Source of the DNA: a bacterium
Lineage (GTDB): Bacteria > Verrucomicrobiota > Verrucomicrobiia > Chthoniobacterales > UBA6821
Reading direction: 5' to 3'
NCBI GenBank assembly: GCA_021849805.1
Contig: JAJZSL010000002.1
Coordinates: forward strand, 81,229 to 145,228
Length of the DNA: 64,000 bases
Part shown: piece by piece, positions 1-11,647 of the stretch
Numbering within the stretch: the stretch's first letter is position 1
Layout of the letters: each line of letters starts with the position of its first letter
Translations under genes and position numbers: made by a program
Notes under the pieces: generated by a model
Told to the model about the DNA's origin: nothing
The model's database searches: none
What the model saw: only the letters and a program-made list of their open reading frames with translations

Positions 1-2433
1 TCTGAGTTAACTCATAAACGCCGTCTCTCTGCTCTTGGTCCGGGGGGATTGAGTCGTGATCGTGCAGGTTTTGAGGTTCGTGATGTTCATCCAACTCATT
101 ATGGTCGAATTTGCCCTATTGAAACACCAGAAGGTCCTAATATTGGACTGATTAGTTCACTGAGTACTTTTGCTCGAATTAATGATTTTGGTTTTATTGA
201 AACTCCTTATCGAAAAGTAGTCAATAATCATGTTACCAATGAAATTGTTTACTTAACAGGAGACCAAGATGAAAATTTTTACATTGCTCAAGCAAATTCG
301 TTAATTGATGGGAAAGGAAAACTCCTTGGAGATACTGTCCTTGCTCGATTTCGTGGTGAGTCGCTTGGAGTAGAGCCTGAAAAAATTGAATATATGGATG
401 TTTCCCCCAAGCAGCTCGTTTCCGTAGCAGCAGGGCTTATTCCATTCTTAGAACATGATGATGCAAATCGTGCATTGATGGGATCGAATATGCAACGTCA
501 GGGAGTACCACTGCTTGTTTCTGAATCACCTATTATTGGTACAGGTTTGGAGGGTCGTGTTGCTCGTGACTCTAAAGCAGTCGTTCTTGCTGAGGCAAAT
601 GGTAAGGTTGCTTCCGTTGATTCATGTCGCATTATTGTTACTAAAAACGGAGAGCTTCCAGAAGGCAAAAAGAAAATTAAGCATGCTCCGGAAAATGGAG
701 TTTTTGTTTACGAGCTTAGGAAATTTATGCGCTCAAATAGTAGCACTTGTATTAACCAGCGGCCTATTGTTAGAAAAGGTCAGAGCGTTAAAGCAGGTGA
801 TGTACTAGCTGATGGACCGAGCACAGAACAGGGAGAGTTAGCTCTTGGAAGGAATGTCCTCGTTGCTTTTATGCCATGGAATGGATATAATTTTGAGGAT
901 GCGATCATGATTTCTGAGCGTGTGGTTAAGGAAGATATTTATACTTCCATTCACATTGATGAATTTGAAATAGGAGCTCGTGATACAAAGCTTGGTCCTG
1001 AAGAAATCACTCGTGACATTCCTAATGTGAGTGAGGAAGCGTTGAAGAACTTACGAGCTGATGGGGTTATTCGTATTGGAGCAGAAGTTAAGCCAGGTGA
1101 CATCTTAGTTGGAAAAATTACTCCAAAGAGTGAAACAGAATTAGCTCCTGAAGAGCGTCTCTTGAGAGCTATTTTTGGTGAAAAAGCAGCTGACGTGCGC
1201 GACACATCACTTACTGTTCCTTCTGGAACATATGGCATTGTCATGGATGTTCGTGTTTCCTCTAAAAAAGAAGTAACTAAACTGAAGATTACACCTGTTG
1301 AAGCTAAACGTCAGCTCAAGGTCATTCAAGAAGATTACAAAAAACGGAAAGAGGAACTTCACGAACTCCTTACTGAAGCACTATCAAATATTCTTTTGGG
1401 AGAAAAAATTCCACTTGATGTTGTCAATGGTGAAACAGGGGAAATTATTATTCCATCTAATCGTAAAATTACCAAGATGCTACTTAGAAAACTAGCTAGT
1501 GTCTATAACCACGTTGAAATCGATCCAAGTCCCATTCGGAATAAAATTCGAGAAATCATGGGGCAGTTTGAGCATCGCTTTGCCGACCTCGAAAATGAAA
1601 AAGATGAAAGTCTTGGTCGTATTGAAAGTGGTGATGATGTTGATCCTGGTATTATTAAACAAGTCAAAGTCTATGTAGCCAGCAAGCGTAAGTTGAGTGT
1701 TGGAGACAAAATGGCAGGTCGTCATGGTAATAAAGGCGTTGTTGCTAAAATTGTTCCAGAGGAAGATATGCCTTATCTTGCTGATGGAACTCCTGTAGAC
1801 ATTGTTCTGAACCCACTTGGCGTTCCAAGCCGAATGAATGTAGGACAAGTTTTAGAAACACACCTCGGTATTGCTGCAAAAGCTTTGGGATTCAAGGTTG
1901 CAACACCGGTTTTTGATGGTATTTCTGAAGATCGTATTCGTGAATATTTGAAAGAAGCCAAGGAAAAAGAAAATTTCTCTTGGATTCAAGAAAACGGAAA
2001 GTCAACTCTTTACAATGGACTCACGGGTGAAGAATTTGATCAGCAAGTCGTTGTCGGAATCATCTACATGATGAAATTGGGACATTTAGTTGCTGATAAA
2101 ATTCATGCTCGCGCTGTTGGACCGTACTCATTGGTTACTCAACAGCCTCTTGGTGGTAAAGCTCAATATGGTGGTCAACGCTTTGGGGAAATGGAAGTCT
2201 GGGCACTACAAGCTTATGGTGCTGCCTACACGTTACAAGAACTCTTGACAGTCAAATCGGATGATGTGCAAGGAAGAACACGCATTTATGAAAGCATTGT
2301 TAAAGGCGACAATTCTCTAGAAGCAGGCGTTCCTGAGTCGTTTAATGTTTTGATTAAAGAGATGCAAGGTCTTTGCTTGAACGTTTCGGTAGGTCAGAGA
2401 GATCCTTCTCTTGCACTTACTGAAAATATCTAA
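1..2433 (+). CDS. rpoB: DNA-directed RNA polymerase beta subunit (5' end truncated by the window edge)
   Basis: The frame is open from base 1 ([30 protein letters not shown]). Conserved beta-subunit motifs are present: [18 protein letters not shown] and [28 protein letters not shown]. The track start at 49 is a TTG artefact inside the gene. Confidence 0.97.
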   Translation, partial: SELTHKRRLSALGPGGLSRDRAGFEVRDVHPTHYGRICPIETPEGPNIGLISSLSTFARINDFGFIETPYRKVVNNHVTNEIVYLTGDQDENFYIAQANSLIDGKGKLLGDTVLARFRGESLGVEPEKIEYMDVSPKQLVSVAAGLIPFLEHDDANRALMGSNMQRQGVPLLVSESPIIGTGLEGRVARDSKAVVLAEANGKVASVDSCRIIVTKNGELPEGKKKIKHAPENGVFVYELRKFMRSNSSTCINQRPIVRKGQSVKAGDVLADGPSTEQGELALGRNVLVAFMPWNGYNFEDAIMISERVVKEDIYTSIHIDEFEIGARDTKLGPEEITRDIPNVSEEALKNLRADGVIRIGAEVKPGDILVGKITPKSETELAPEERLLRAIFGEKAADVRDTSLTVPSGTYGIVMDVRVSSKKEVTKLKITPVEAKRQLKVIQEDYKKRKEELHELLTEALSNILLGEKIPLDVVNGETGEIIIPSNRKITKMLLRKLASVYNHVEIDPSPIRNKIREIMGQFEHRFADLENEKDESLGRIESGDDVDPGIIKQVKVYVASKRKLSVGDKMAGRHGNKGVVAKIVPEEDMPYLADGTPVDIVLNPLGVPSRMNVGQVLETHLGIAAKALGFKVATPVFDGISEDRIREYLKEAKEKENFSWIQENGKSTLYNGLTGEEFDQQVVVGIIYMMKLGHLVADKIHARAVGPYSLVTQQPLGGKAQYGGQRFGEMEVWALQAYGAAYTLQELLTVKSDDVQGRTRIYESIVKGDNSLEAGVPESFNVLIKEMQGLCLNVSVGQRDPSLALTENI

Positions 2434-2487
2434 GATAGAACGTTTGCCAACCCACTGTTATACCATAGGAAAACTTAATCGTTAGTT

Positions 2488-5400
2488 ATGATTGAACAAG
2501 AAACAACCGACCTGTTAGAAAATCCGTTTAGTAACTCTTTTGATCAAGTGCAGATCACTGTAGCTTCTCCAGAAATGATGCGCTCTTGGAGTCAGGGTGA
2601 AATAAAAAATCCTGAGACCATTAACTACCGTACTTTTAAGCCTGAAAAGGGAGGTCTCTTCTGTGAGCGTATCTTTGGTCCAACCCGTGATTGGGAATGC
2701 TCCTGCGGAAAGTATAAAAGAATCAAGCACAAGAATGTCGTTTGTGATCGTTGTGGCGTTGAAGTAACGCTCAGTCGTGTCCGTCGTGAACGCATGGGGC
2801 ATATTGATCTTGCTGTTCCAGTTTCACACATTTGGTTCTACAAATGTATGCCATCTCGCATTGGTCTTATGCTTGATATGACGGGTCGCCAACTGGAACG
2901 TGTCATCTACTACGAAGATTATGTTGTTATTGACCCAGGTAAAACACCTTTGGAGAAGGGACAACTCCTCAGTGAAAGTGAATTTCATGAAGCTGAAGAT
3001 CAATATGGAGAGGATTTCAGATGTAGCATGGGTGCAGAGGCTATCCAGAAACTTTTAGAATCGATGGATCTTAAAAAAGAGCATATTGCTATTGAAAAGC
3101 AAATGACTCAGACCAAGAGCAAGCAAATTCGAAAAAAGTTGGCCAAGCGCTTGAAATTAGTTCAGGGATTTTTGAATTCAAAAACTCGTCCTGAATGGAT
3201 GATTCTCAATGTCCTACCGGTCATTCCGCCAGACTTACGTCCGCTAGTTCCACTGGAAGGAGGACGCTTTGCAACCTCTGATCTCAATGACCTCTATCGA
3301 CGTGTTATTAATAGAAATAATCGACTCAGAACATTATTACAACTTAAGACGCCAGAAGTTATCATTCGTAACGAAAAGCGAATGCTTCAAGAAGCTGTTG
3401 ATGCTGTTTTTGATAATGGGCGTCATGGTAGAGCTGTTACGGGTGCTGCTAATCGTCCGCTTAAGTCATTGAGCGATATGCTCAAGGGGAAAGGAGGGCG
3501 CTTCCGTCAGAATCTCCTTGGAAAGCGTGTTGATTACTCGGGACGTTCTGTCATTGTTATTGGTCCAGAATTAAAGCTCAACCAATGCGGCTTACCTAAA
3601 AAAATGGCTCTTGTTCTCTTCGAGCCTTTCATTATCCGCCGCCTCAAGGAACTAGGCTATGTCCATACCGTTCGTAGCGCTAAGAAACTCATTGAGCGTC
3701 AGACTCCTGAAGTTTGGGATATTTTAGATGAAGTAACGCGTGGACATGCCATTATGCTCAATAGAGCCCCAACACTCCACCGACTTTCTATTCAAGCTTT
3801 CGAGCCAATTTTAATCGAAGGAGAAGCAATCCGTGTTCACCCCTTAGTTTGTACAGCTTACAACGCAGATTTTGATGGAGATCAAATGGCTGTTCATGTC
3901 CCTCTCTCAATTGAAGCTCAGCTAGAAGCACGAACACTGATGCTTGCTCCTAACAACATCTTCTCTCCATCAAGTGGTAAACCGATTACTAATCCATCAC
4001 AAGATATTCCTCTAGGATGTTACTATCTTACTCAAGCTCCTCGTATTTTGCTTAATTCTAAAGAAGAGCGTCTTCCTCTTTTCGAGAGTTCTGCTCAAGT
4101 TGAAATGGCTCTCAGTGAAGGATCGATCAAAGTTCATACTCGTATTCGGTTACAAAATCCTGATCGTGGAAAAACAACAGTCTATGGTAATAGTGAGCTC
4201 TCAGTCATTGAAACAACAGCAGGCCGTGTTCTCTTCAATGAGATTTGGCCTAGTGAGCTTGGTTTTTATAACAAAGTAGCAGGTAAAAAACAGCTTAGTG
4301 ACATTATTTGGCGTTGTTACAAAGCTGTTGGTCAGCAACGTACCGTCGAAACCTTAGATCGCTTGAAAGAAGTAGGATTCCGCGAAGTAACTCGAGCTGG
4401 TGCTTCTATTGGTATCAACGACATGATGATTCCTAAGGAAAAAGCAACTTTAATTGAAAGTGCAGAAAAGCAGATCGCTGAAGTCCAAAAGCAATATCGT
4501 CGTGGTATTATTACGGATGGAGAGCGCAAGAACAAAGTTCAAGATATTTGGACTCATACAGGTGAAGAAATTGCTAATGCTCTCTTTAGAACTATTGAGC
4601 ATAATGATGGTCATCAAGAAATGAATCCGCTCTTCATGATGGTTGATTCTGGAGCTCGTGGGACTCGTACTCAAATTAAACAATTAGCTGGAATGCGTGG
4701 TTTAATGGCCAAACCAAACGGTGAAATCATGGATCAGCCCATTCTCTCTAACTTCCGTGAAGGTCTCTCCGTTCTTGAATATTTTATTTCTACTCATGGA
4801 GCCCGTAAGGGACTTTCTGATACGGCTCTTAAAACAGCTGATTCTGGCTATCTTACACGTAAACTCGTTGATGCAGCCCAGGATGTCATTATTACTGAAG
4901 ATGACTGTGGAACGGTTAATGGTATTGTTGTTCATCCGATTTATGAAGGAGATGAAGAAGTTGTTAGCCTTGCAACACGTATTATGGGACGTGTTAGCTG
5001 CGAATCAGTGAAAGATCCTATTACTGGTAGTGTTATTGTCAAAACCAACCAACTCATTAATGAAGAAATTACCTTAGCACTCGAAAAAATTGGTCATGAA
5101 CAACTCAAGATTCGTTCTGTTCTCACTTGTGAAAGCAAGCGTGGAGCCTGTGTTCGTTGTTATGGCAGTAATTTGGCTACAGGAGAGTTGATTTCTCATG
5201 GTGAAGCTGTTGGTATTATTGCTGCTCAGAGTATTGGTGAGCCAGGAACACAATTGACGATGCGTACCTTCCACGTTGGAGGAACAGCAAGCCAAACTTT
5301 CAAACAGCCTATTATTAAGTCTAAAAATGAGGGAATTGTCCGTTTTCATGACATGCGTACTGTTCAAGCATTAGATGGTACTTTTATTGTACTAAGTAAA

Positions 5401-6591
5401 AATGGGACAGTTGGTATTTATGGAAAAGATGGAAGAGAGCTAGAAAATCATGTAGTTGTGATTGGTTCTGTTATTTCTGTTGCTGATGGAGCATCTATTA
5501 AGAAAGGAGTCCCTTTTGTACAATGGGATCCTTACAACATTCCTATTATCACAGAAAAAGCTGGTAAGGTTGAATTTCGTGATATGATCCCTGGTGTAAC
5601 AATTCGAAAGGAGATTGATGAGGAAACTGGGGTCATGGAAACGGTAGTTATTGAACACAAAGAAGATCTTCATCCTCAATTAGCAATTGTTGATGCTAGT
5701 AAGCAAGTTCTTGCTAGCTATTCCATTCCTGCAGGAGCTCACTTGGAAGTCAAAGAAGGAGCAGCTATTCAAGCTGGTCAACGTCTTGCTAAAACTCCTC
5801 GTAGAATTGCAAAAACAAAAGATATTACTGGAGGTCTCCCACGAGTAGCTGAATTATTCGAAGCTCGTCGTCCTAAAGAAGCTTGTGAAATTGCCCGTAT
5901 TGATGGTGTTGTCGATATTGCTGGAACTGTTCGTGGCAAAAGAAAATTAGTGGTTCGCGATCCACAAACAGGAGCAGAAGAGGAGCATCTTATTCCACTT
6001 TCCAAGCATATTATTGCTTTTAAAGGCGACTTTGTAAAAAAAGGACAACAGTTAACTGATGGTCCTGTAGTACCACATGAAATTCTTGATGTTTGTGGGC
6101 CTCAGGAGCTCCAAGAGCATCTTCTTAATGAAGTACAGGAAGTCTATCGTTTGCAAGGTGTTGAAATCAATGATAAGCATATTGAAATCATTATTCGTCA
6201 AATGCTCAGAAAGGTTAAAATTACTGATCCTGGTGATACAACGCTACTCTGGGGGGATCAAATTGATCGTTTAGAATTCGAAAAAGAGAATTCGATTGTT
6301 ATTGCTAAGGGTGGTAAGCCTGCAGAAGCAATGCCAGTACTTCTAGGAATAACGAAGGCTTCTCTTGAAACAGATAGCTTCATTTCAGCTGCATCGTTCC
6401 AAGATACAACCCGTGTTCTTACTGAAGCGGCAACTCTTGGTAAAGTAGATCGTCTTCTTGGTTTTAAAGAAAATGTTATTATGGGGCACCTTATCCCTGC
6501 TGGTACTGGATTTAAGACCAATCGACAATTTGACTTGGCATTATCCGATGAACTTTCAGCAATAGGAGAAGCTGAAAAAGAAGAAATTTAA
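2488..6591 (+). CDS. rpoC: DNA-directed RNA polymerase beta-prime subunit
   Basis: 1367 aa. It has the Zn-binding [23 protein letters not shown], the catalytic [12 protein letters not shown], and [18 protein letters not shown]. It lies directly after rpoB. Confidence 0.97.
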   Translation: MIEQETTDLLENPFSNSFDQVQITVASPEMMRSWSQGEIKNPETINYRTFKPEKGGLFCERIFGPTRDWECSCGKYKRIKHKNVVCDRCGVEVTLSRVRRERMGHIDLAVPVSHIWFYKCMPSRIGLMLDMTGRQLERVIYYEDYVVIDPGKTPLEKGQLLSESEFHEAEDQYGEDFRCSMGAEAIQKLLESMDLKKEHIAIEKQMTQTKSKQIRKKLAKRLKLVQGFLNSKTRPEWMILNVLPVIPPDLRPLVPLEGGRFATSDLNDLYRRVINRNNRLRTLLQLKTPEVIIRNEKRMLQEAVDAVFDNGRHGRAVTGAANRPLKSLSDMLKGKGGRFRQNLLGKRVDYSGRSVIVIGPELKLNQCGLPKKMALVLFEPFIIRRLKELGYVHTVRSAKKLIERQTPEVWDILDEVTRGHAIMLNRAPTLHRLSIQAFEPILIEGEAIRVHPLVCTAYNADFDGDQMAVHVPLSIEAQLEARTLMLAPNNIFSPSSGKPITNPSQDIPLGCYYLTQAPRILLNSKEERLPLFESSAQVEMALSEGSIKVHTRIRLQNPDRGKTTVYGNSELSVIETTAGRVLFNEIWPSELGFYNKVAGKKQLSDIIWRCYKAVGQQRTVETLDRLKEVGFREVTRAGASIGINDMMIPKEKATLIESAEKQIAEVQKQYRRGIITDGERKNKVQDIWTHTGEEIANALFRTIEHNDGHQEMNPLFMMVDSGARGTRTQIKQLAGMRGLMAKPNGEIMDQPILSNFREGLSVLEYFISTHGARKGLSDTALKTADSGYLTRKLVDAAQDVIITEDDCGTVNGIVVHPIYEGDEEVVSLATRIMGRVSCESVKDPITGSVIVKTNQLINEEITLALEKIGHEQLKIRSVLTCESKRGACVRCYGSNLATGELISHGEAVGIIAAQSIGEPGTQLTMRTFHVGGTASQTFKQPIIKSKNEGIVRFHDMRTVQALDGTFIVLSKNGTVGIYGKDGRELENHVVVIGSVISVADGASIKKGVPFVQWDPYNIPIITEKAGKVEFRDMIPGVTIRKEIDEETGVMETVVIEHKEDLHPQLAIVDASKQVLASYSIPAGAHLEVKEGAAIQAGQRLAKTPRRIAKTKDITGGLPRVAELFEARRPKEACEIARIDGVVDIAGTVRGKRKLVVRDPQTGAEEEHLIPLSKHIIAFKGDFVKKGQQLTDGPVVPHEILDVCGPQELQEHLLNEVQEVYRLQGVEINDKHIEIIIRQMLRKVKITDPGDTTLLWGDQIDRLEFEKENSIVIAKGGKPAEAMPVLLGITKASLETDSFISAASFQDTTRVLTEAATLGKVDRLLGFKENVIMGHLIPAGTGFKTNRQFDLALSDELSAIGEAEKEEI

Positions 6592-6623
6592 CCATCCTAC
6601 AACGTACTCAAAATCTATTTCTC

Positions 6624-7403
6624 ATGTCTCTTGAACTCATGACTGAACTACTCGAAGCTGGTGTCCACTACGGTCATCAAACAAAGCGCTGGAATCCTAA
6701 AATGAAGGATTTTATTCTCGAGGAAAAAAACTCTATTTATATTATCAATCTAGCAAAAACAATTGACCAGTTAGCGGAGGCAACTAATTTTCTTAGCAAG
6801 CTTTCGAGGAATCGTGGGAAAATTCTTTTTGTTGGTTGTAAAAAACAAGCTCAAGAGGCTGTTAAAGAAGCTGCATTAGCGTGTGGTCAGTTTTATGTAA
6901 ATCAACGCTGGCTTGGAGGAACCTTGACCAATCTTATAACGATTCGCAAAAGCGTTAGTAAGCTACTGGAGTTTGAAGCACTCGAAAAAACTGCTGGATT
7001 CCATAAAATTAATAAATCAGAAGCTAGTGCTTTGCGACGCGAAGCCTCTAAAATCCGCAAAAATCTTGATGGTGTTCTAGCAATGGAAAAGTTACCTGAC
7101 GCTATTATTATCATTGATACTGTTCGTGAAAGTATCGCTGTTGCTGAAGCTCGACGCCTTCATATTCCCATTGTGGCGATTGCAGATACTAATAGTGATC
7201 CTGAAATGATTGATTTTCCGATTGCAGGTAACGATGACGCTATTCGCTCTATTCGTATTATTCTTCAAAAAATAGTAGATGCTATTCTCCTTGGAAATAC
7301 TGGCGACCTTTTGGCTGAAAAAAAAGGCTTTACTTCTGAGAGTGAAAATCTTCTAAAACATGATTCATCCGTAGAAGAGGAGTATGTTGTTTTGAATAGT
7401 TAA
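6624..7403 (+). CDS. rpsB: 30S ribosomal protein S2
   Basis: LLEAGVHYGHQTKRWNPKM and the VNQRWLGGTLTN motif. It sits in the classic rpsB-tsf pair. Confidence 0.95.
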   Translation: MSLELMTELLEAGVHYGHQTKRWNPKMKDFILEEKNSIYIINLAKTIDQLAEATNFLSKLSRNRGKILFVGCKKQAQEAVKEAALACGQFYVNQRWLGGTLTNLITIRKSVSKLLEFEALEKTAGFHKINKSEASALRREASKIRKNLDGVLAMEKLPDAIIIIDTVRESIAVAEARRLHIPIVAIADTNSDPEMIDFPIAGNDDAIRSIRIILQKIVDAILLGNTGDLLAEKKGFTSESENLLKHDSSVEEEYVVLNS

Positions 7404-7487
7404 GAGGAATTGAAATTTTTAAAAGGAAGTCTTACTTCTAACAAAAAGAATATATTTTAATATTAAAAAATTTTCACAATTTCATTT

Positions 7488-8120
7488 ATGATAGACCCTA
7501 ACTTAGTCAAAAAACTCCGAGAAAAAACAAATGCCGGCATGATGGATTGTAAACGTGCTCTTGAAGAAACCGGAGGTGACTTTCAACAGGCAGAGACTCT
7601 TTTACGAACAAAAGGAATTGCCAGTGCTGATAAGAAATCAGCACGCGTTACAAAAGAAGGAGTGATTGCTTCTTATATTCACTTACAAGGAAGAGTAGGT
7701 GTCCTCATTGAAGTCAACTGTGAAACTGACTTTGTCGCTAAAAATGAAATCTTCCGCGAATTTGTTAAAGAGATAACGCTTCAAATTGCTGCAGCTAGTC
7801 CTTTAGTAGTCAGTCGTGATCAAGTTGATACTAAGATTATCCAAGCAGAACGCTCTATTTATGAAGCTCAAGTCAAAGATAAACCAGCAGCTATTGTTGA
7901 TAAAATTGTCGCTGGGAAACTTGATAAATTTTATGCTACTGTATCACTTATGGAGCAAAATTTCATTAAAAACCCAGAGCTCACTGTTAAGGATTATGTT
8001 GCTTCAAAGATTGCTGAGCTTGGTGAGAACATTATCATACGACGTTTTGTACGATATGCAGTAGGTGAAGATCTTGGAGAAAATTGTTCTTCAGAGCATT
8101 CTTCTTGCCACCTTGGGTAA
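7488..8120 (+). CDS. tsf: Elongation factor Ts (short form, about 210 aa)
   Basis: The UBA-like N-terminus is LVKKLREKTNAGMMDCKRALEETGGDFQQA, and VLIEVNCETDFVAKNE is present. It follows rpsB. Confidence 0.9.
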   Translation: MIDPNLVKKLREKTNAGMMDCKRALEETGGDFQQAETLLRTKGIASADKKSARVTKEGVIASYIHLQGRVGVLIEVNCETDFVAKNEIFREFVKEITLQIAAASPLVVSRDQVDTKIIQAERSIYEAQVKDKPAAIVDKIVAGKLDKFYATVSLMEQNFIKNPELTVKDYVASKIAELGENIIIRRFVRYAVGEDLGENCSSEHSSCHLG

Positions 8121-8168
8121 AGAGTCAAAGAATCAAAAAGTTTTCATATTCATACTTTTCTTCCTACA

Positions 8169-8633
8169 ATGCTTAGTAGGTTGCTTTCAGAAAATCAGAT
8201 TATCGCTAACATGTTGGCTACTGAAAAGTGCCAAGCTATCGAAGAAATAGTCGATTTTCTTATTGAAGGTCACTACGTTCAAAAAAAAGATCGAGAAGAA
8301 GTTCTTGCATCATTGTTTCAACGTGAGGAGACAATGAGTACGGGCATTGGATTTGGAGTTGCTGTTCCTCATGTTGCTTCGAATTGTGTTAAGCAGCTCA
8401 CGGTAGCTTTTGGTCGTTCACAGTCAGGTATTGAATTCGAATCATTAGATAACAAACTAGTTCATTTTATTGTTCTTCTTCTAATTCCTGATCATGAGCT
8501 TGAAAAACATCTTCAAACTCTTTCTGCGATTGCTAAATTTTTTAATGATCGATTTGTTCGTGATTCTCTTGTGAAAGCTTCTGATGCAACAGCAATCATG
8601 AATGTTTTTCACCATGAAGCTCACTCTCTTTGA
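8169..8633 (+). CDS. PTS EIIA-type (PtsN / EIIA-Ntr-like) regulatory protein
   Basis: 154 aa. The active-site region MSTGIGFGVAVPHV is typical of the fructose/mannitol-family EIIA and of PtsN. Confidence 0.72.
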   Translation: MLSRLLSENQIIANMLATEKCQAIEEIVDFLIEGHYVQKKDREEVLASLFQREETMSTGIGFGVAVPHVASNCVKQLTVAFGRSQSGIEFESLDNKLVHFIVLLLIPDHELEKHLQTLSAIAKFFNDRFVRDSLVKASDATAIMNVFHHEAHSL

Positions 8634-8719
8634 GTTTTATCAGTCTGAAACTTAAAGGTTCTGAGTGCTAGAGTGTGCTTAATACATGAAGAAAATTTTT
8701 TAGATATGCTCTAATAGGC

Positions 8720-8885
8720 TATAGTCAAATTACTTAGAAATTACAGGAAATGGACTTGATCTTATTTAAAAAGTGCAGTGTTCTCCTCCCATCACCTTAT
8801 CGTTGAGATAGCGCTCGGTCTTTGGCCTTGCCTTTTTTAAAAATCTCTGCACTCTTTCCTGTAATTTCTAAGTAATTTGACTATA
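8720..8885. repeat. 31-bp perfect inverted repeat (arms 8720-8750 and 8855-8885) around a 104-bp spacer; MITE-like or long hairpin element
   Basis: Read directly. The left arm is tatagtcaaattacttagaaattacaggaaa and the right arm is its exact reverse complement, tttcctgtaatttctaagtaatttgactata. The right arm contains the stop codon and last codons of the minus-strand ORF 8868..9854. Confidence 0.85.
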
Positions 8886-9854
8886 CTCGCAGTGGCTAAG
8901 ATGATATTTTCTTTCTAATTTGGAGCAACTCAGTGAGTATGAGGAGCTATTAGTCTGATTTTCCGTAGGAGTAAGCTCCAGGAGAATGGACTGTTCGACA
9001 GTTCCGGCGATAGGATTGTCATTTTCTTGGTGAAGAGAAATCATTTCAAGATCTGCTTGTTTACCGATGGTAACTTTTTGCAAAAGAACATCTGTGCTTC
9101 CTTTCGATTCAATGCTGATTTTAAAACAATTTCCCCCTTCTTCTTGGTCAATATGAATCATTGTTACTATACCCTCTGCTTGTCTACTTGCAGCGATTTC
9201 AGCATGAATAGTACCTTCCGGAGCATCATCTAGAATGTTCTTAAGAATGACATCCGTTGCAGTGTTGGGAATCGTTTGACATAAAATAGGAAGAATACTC
9301 GGAGCAGCAGCTCCAAAAAATTTTTCTAAGACAGCTATATCTTCCACTTTTTCTCCATGAAGAAGATAACAAATACGGTTAATATCTGCTTTGAGTGTGT
9401 ATTTTGGATCAGAGCTGTCGTTGAGCTGCTGATTTTTTTTCTCTAAAAGTTGAGCAAAATTGCTTCGAACTTGTGCACTTGCTTGAAGTGAACCTTCTTT
9501 TGGTAAGAGCTTTTTACTCTGCTTGAGAGAAGAGCGAGAAAGACTGTTGAAATCATCAAAGCTTAGAGTTGGAATTGAAGAATTGGAAACTTCTATTTCC
9601 TCAGAACTAGACTGAAAGATAGTTTTTCTTGGAGGCACTTCCGTAATGAATTGAAGTGGAAAGGTAGTTGCTGCTTTTTTCTGCCTAAAAAATGATCCTA
9701 TAAAAGAAGTCACCTTTGAAGACCATCCATGATGTTCATGATGATCAGCAGAAAGAGAATGTGGCGAATTCTCCGTAGAAGAAGAGATATTTTCTTCCAA
9801 GCTCAAAGAGTCGGAAGAGGGAGAAGTTGAGCGAGAGGAAATTTTTGAATTCAT
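8868..9854 (-). CDS. Hypothetical protein with a Ser-rich disordered N-terminus (no recognisable family)
   Basis: This 328-aa ORF does not overlap any other gene. About the first 40 residues are Ser/Thr/Glu-rich (MNSKISSRSTSPSSDSLSLEENISSSTENSPHS). I recognise no motif. Confidence 0.5.
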   Translation of the reverse strand: MNSKISSRSTSPSSDSLSLEENISSSTENSPHSLSADHHEHHGWSSKVTSFIGSFFRQKKAATTFPLQFITEVPPRKTIFQSSSEEIEVSNSSIPTLSFDDFNSLSRSSLKQSKKLLPKEGSLQASAQVRSNFAQLLEKKNQQLNDSSDPKYTLKADINRICYLLHGEKVEDIAVLEKFFGAAAPSILPILCQTIPNTATDVILKNILDDAPEGTIHAEIAASRQAEGIVTMIHIDQEEGGNCFKISIESKGSTDVLLQKVTIGKQADLEMISLHQENDNPIAGTVEQSILLELTPTENQTNSSSYSLSCSKLERKYHLSHCEYSQIT

Positions 9855-10204
9855 AAAAAATTATTTGAGAAGGAGCAATGAGTTTTTAAATTGAGGAAAT
9901 AGGAATAGAAATACTAATCTTCAAGTGTCTAGAGAAGTATAGAATTCAAGAAACTTCGATGATCTAAGCATAATATCATGGTTGGAGAAACTATTTCTTG
10001 GAAAGGATCAAAGCAAGTTTTTCTCAGAGGAGAAGAATCTATATTTTCATACTGAGGTTATTTTTCTTTTGAGTATTGAATAGCTAGCTCCTCGTTTAAT
10101 ATCAAATGATTTCTCCGGCAATAGTGAGTAGGCCTTTAGGCTCTTCTCGATCTTCCTTCACGATTGTATCAGGAATTAGAGCGCTTTGTGGCTAGTGAGA
10201 AAGA

Positions 10205-10561
10205 ATGGTAGAAGTTTCTAGCACTCTCTTCTTGAGGAGAGAAAAATCATTGATTTTTTGCTTTCGCCCTCCTAAGAATATTCAAGTTATGCACGACAAT
10301 TCTTATCACCATTCCTACTCCCCACCTTATCGCCATCATCCTACTAGCCAAACACTCGAATCTCGCGAGATTCAAATTGAGCGTAAATTCTTTACTGCTC
10401 AAATCCGAGAAAATGAGAGGGGTAAATTTTTGCGTCTTACTGAAGAAGCACAAGGTCGTCGTAATACAGTCATTATTCCAAGTAGTGGATTTGCTGATTT
10501 CGCTAATCTTATTAGCGAAATTTTATCGACTCAAGCAGCCGAGGAACAAAGCAAGGGTTAG
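10205..10561 (+). CDS. PUR-alpha-like (DUF3276-type) nucleic-acid-binding protein; alternative ATG at 10289
   Basis: The segment LESREIQIERKFFTAQIRENERGKFLRLTEEAQGRRNTVIIPSSGFADFANLISEIL matches the PUR repeat pattern: L.S..I..E.K.F....ENERG.FLRI.E, then a short run, then F. Confidence 0.5.
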   Translation: MVEVSSTLFLRREKSLIFCFRPPKNIQVMHDNSYHHSYSPPYRHHPTSQTLESREIQIERKFFTAQIRENERGKFLRLTEEAQGRRNTVIIPSSGFADFANLISEILSTQAAEEQSKG

Positions 10562-10706
10562 AGTTTGATGAGACTTAGGTAGCACTATCACTGATGCACT
10601 AGAGAAAACGAGTCGTGCAGAAATCCAGTTTGCATAACGAACAAAGAAGACGTTGAGTGTAATAACAGCTCTATAATGTGCAGCTATCATTTGACTATAT
10701 GACCCC

Positions 10707-11387
10707 CTAGAGATCAGATCGTGTTTTGATTTCTAGCTGATCTTTCTTTCTCACAACACTTCTTGAAGGCAAAACGCCACTCCAAGAAACCATGGGATAG
10801 ATGCAGCTTTCTTTTCCAAGAATGGATCCAGGGCTTAGCAGTGCATTACATCCAATTTCAACATAGTCGCCTAGAATAGCTCCAAACTTTCTAAGTCCAG
10901 TAAGAATTTTTTCTTTTTCTGTTCTAACAACAATTTCTCTTCGATCAAGACGAACATTAGAGAGAATAGCTCCTGCTCCGAGGTGAGTACGAAAGCCGAG
11001 AATCGAATCGCCGACGTAGTTGAAGTGAGGAATTTGAACTTCATCAAAGAGGAAGGCATTTTTTAATTCGCAAGAATTTCCAATAATTGACCGATTCCCC
11101 ACAATGACGTTTTCTCGAATGTAGCACCCTTTGCGTAGCTGGCAACCTTCACCAATCCAAGCAGGGCCTTTAATCATAGCTCCTTCTTCAATAATGGTGT
11201 TCGCACCAATGAAGACCTGCTCGCCAAGAAAAAAAGTTCCATAGCCAATTCCATGATTAGCTGGTTGAAGGGTTAGAGAAAGATAGTCAGCAATTTTTGA
11301 AAGAATCGTCCAAACGGGTTCTTTAGTTTCCAGAAGGTGATGGTGATCCGTGTGATCAAAATCGAAGTAAGTATCAGGATAAAACAT
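10707..11387 (-). CDS. Left-handed beta-helix (hexapeptide-repeat) transferase, GlmU C-terminal-like
   Basis: 226 aa with repeated [LIV]-G-x-x-x-x hexapeptides: IGANTIIEEGAMIKGPAWIGEGCQLRKGCYIRENVIVGNRSIIGNSCEL and later GAGAILSNV. Confidence 0.7.
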   Translation of the reverse strand: MFYPDTYFDFDHTDHHHLLETKEPVWTILSKIADYLSLTLQPANHGIGYGTFFLGEQVFIGANTIIEEGAMIKGPAWIGEGCQLRKGCYIRENVIVGNRSIIGNSCELKNAFLFDEVQIPHFNYVGDSILGFRTHLGAGAILSNVRLDRREIVVRTEKEKILTGLRKFGAILGDYVEIGCNALLSPGSILGKESCIYPMVSWSGVLPSRSVVRKKDQLEIKTRSDL

Positions 11388-11647
11388 GAGAGAGAATAGT
11401 GTGGGGTATGATAATGGATGAAATTGAAAAGAGCATTCTGCCAGTTTGCTTTTTTTCTCTAAGAATGCGTTCTCAAATCTTCCATGATCGTTGGCGTTGT
11501 TCTAAGAAAAAATTTCTCTGCTCTGAGAGAGCTTTTTCTGACGCTCTCTTTTCAAGGGAATAAACGATCATGGTGAAAACGCTATGAGCAGAAAAATAGC
11601 AAGTGGAAATTTCGAATGTTTCTTAGCAAAAGTTTACAGACTGAGTA

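Noticed and set aside
10689-10699. An 11-nt match (atttgactata) to the outer end of the 31-bp inverted-repeat arm, just downstream of the hexapeptide-transferase stop.
   Set aside because: The match is too short to establish a second, degenerate copy of the element. I see no matching partner arm nearby. It needs a computational repeat search.
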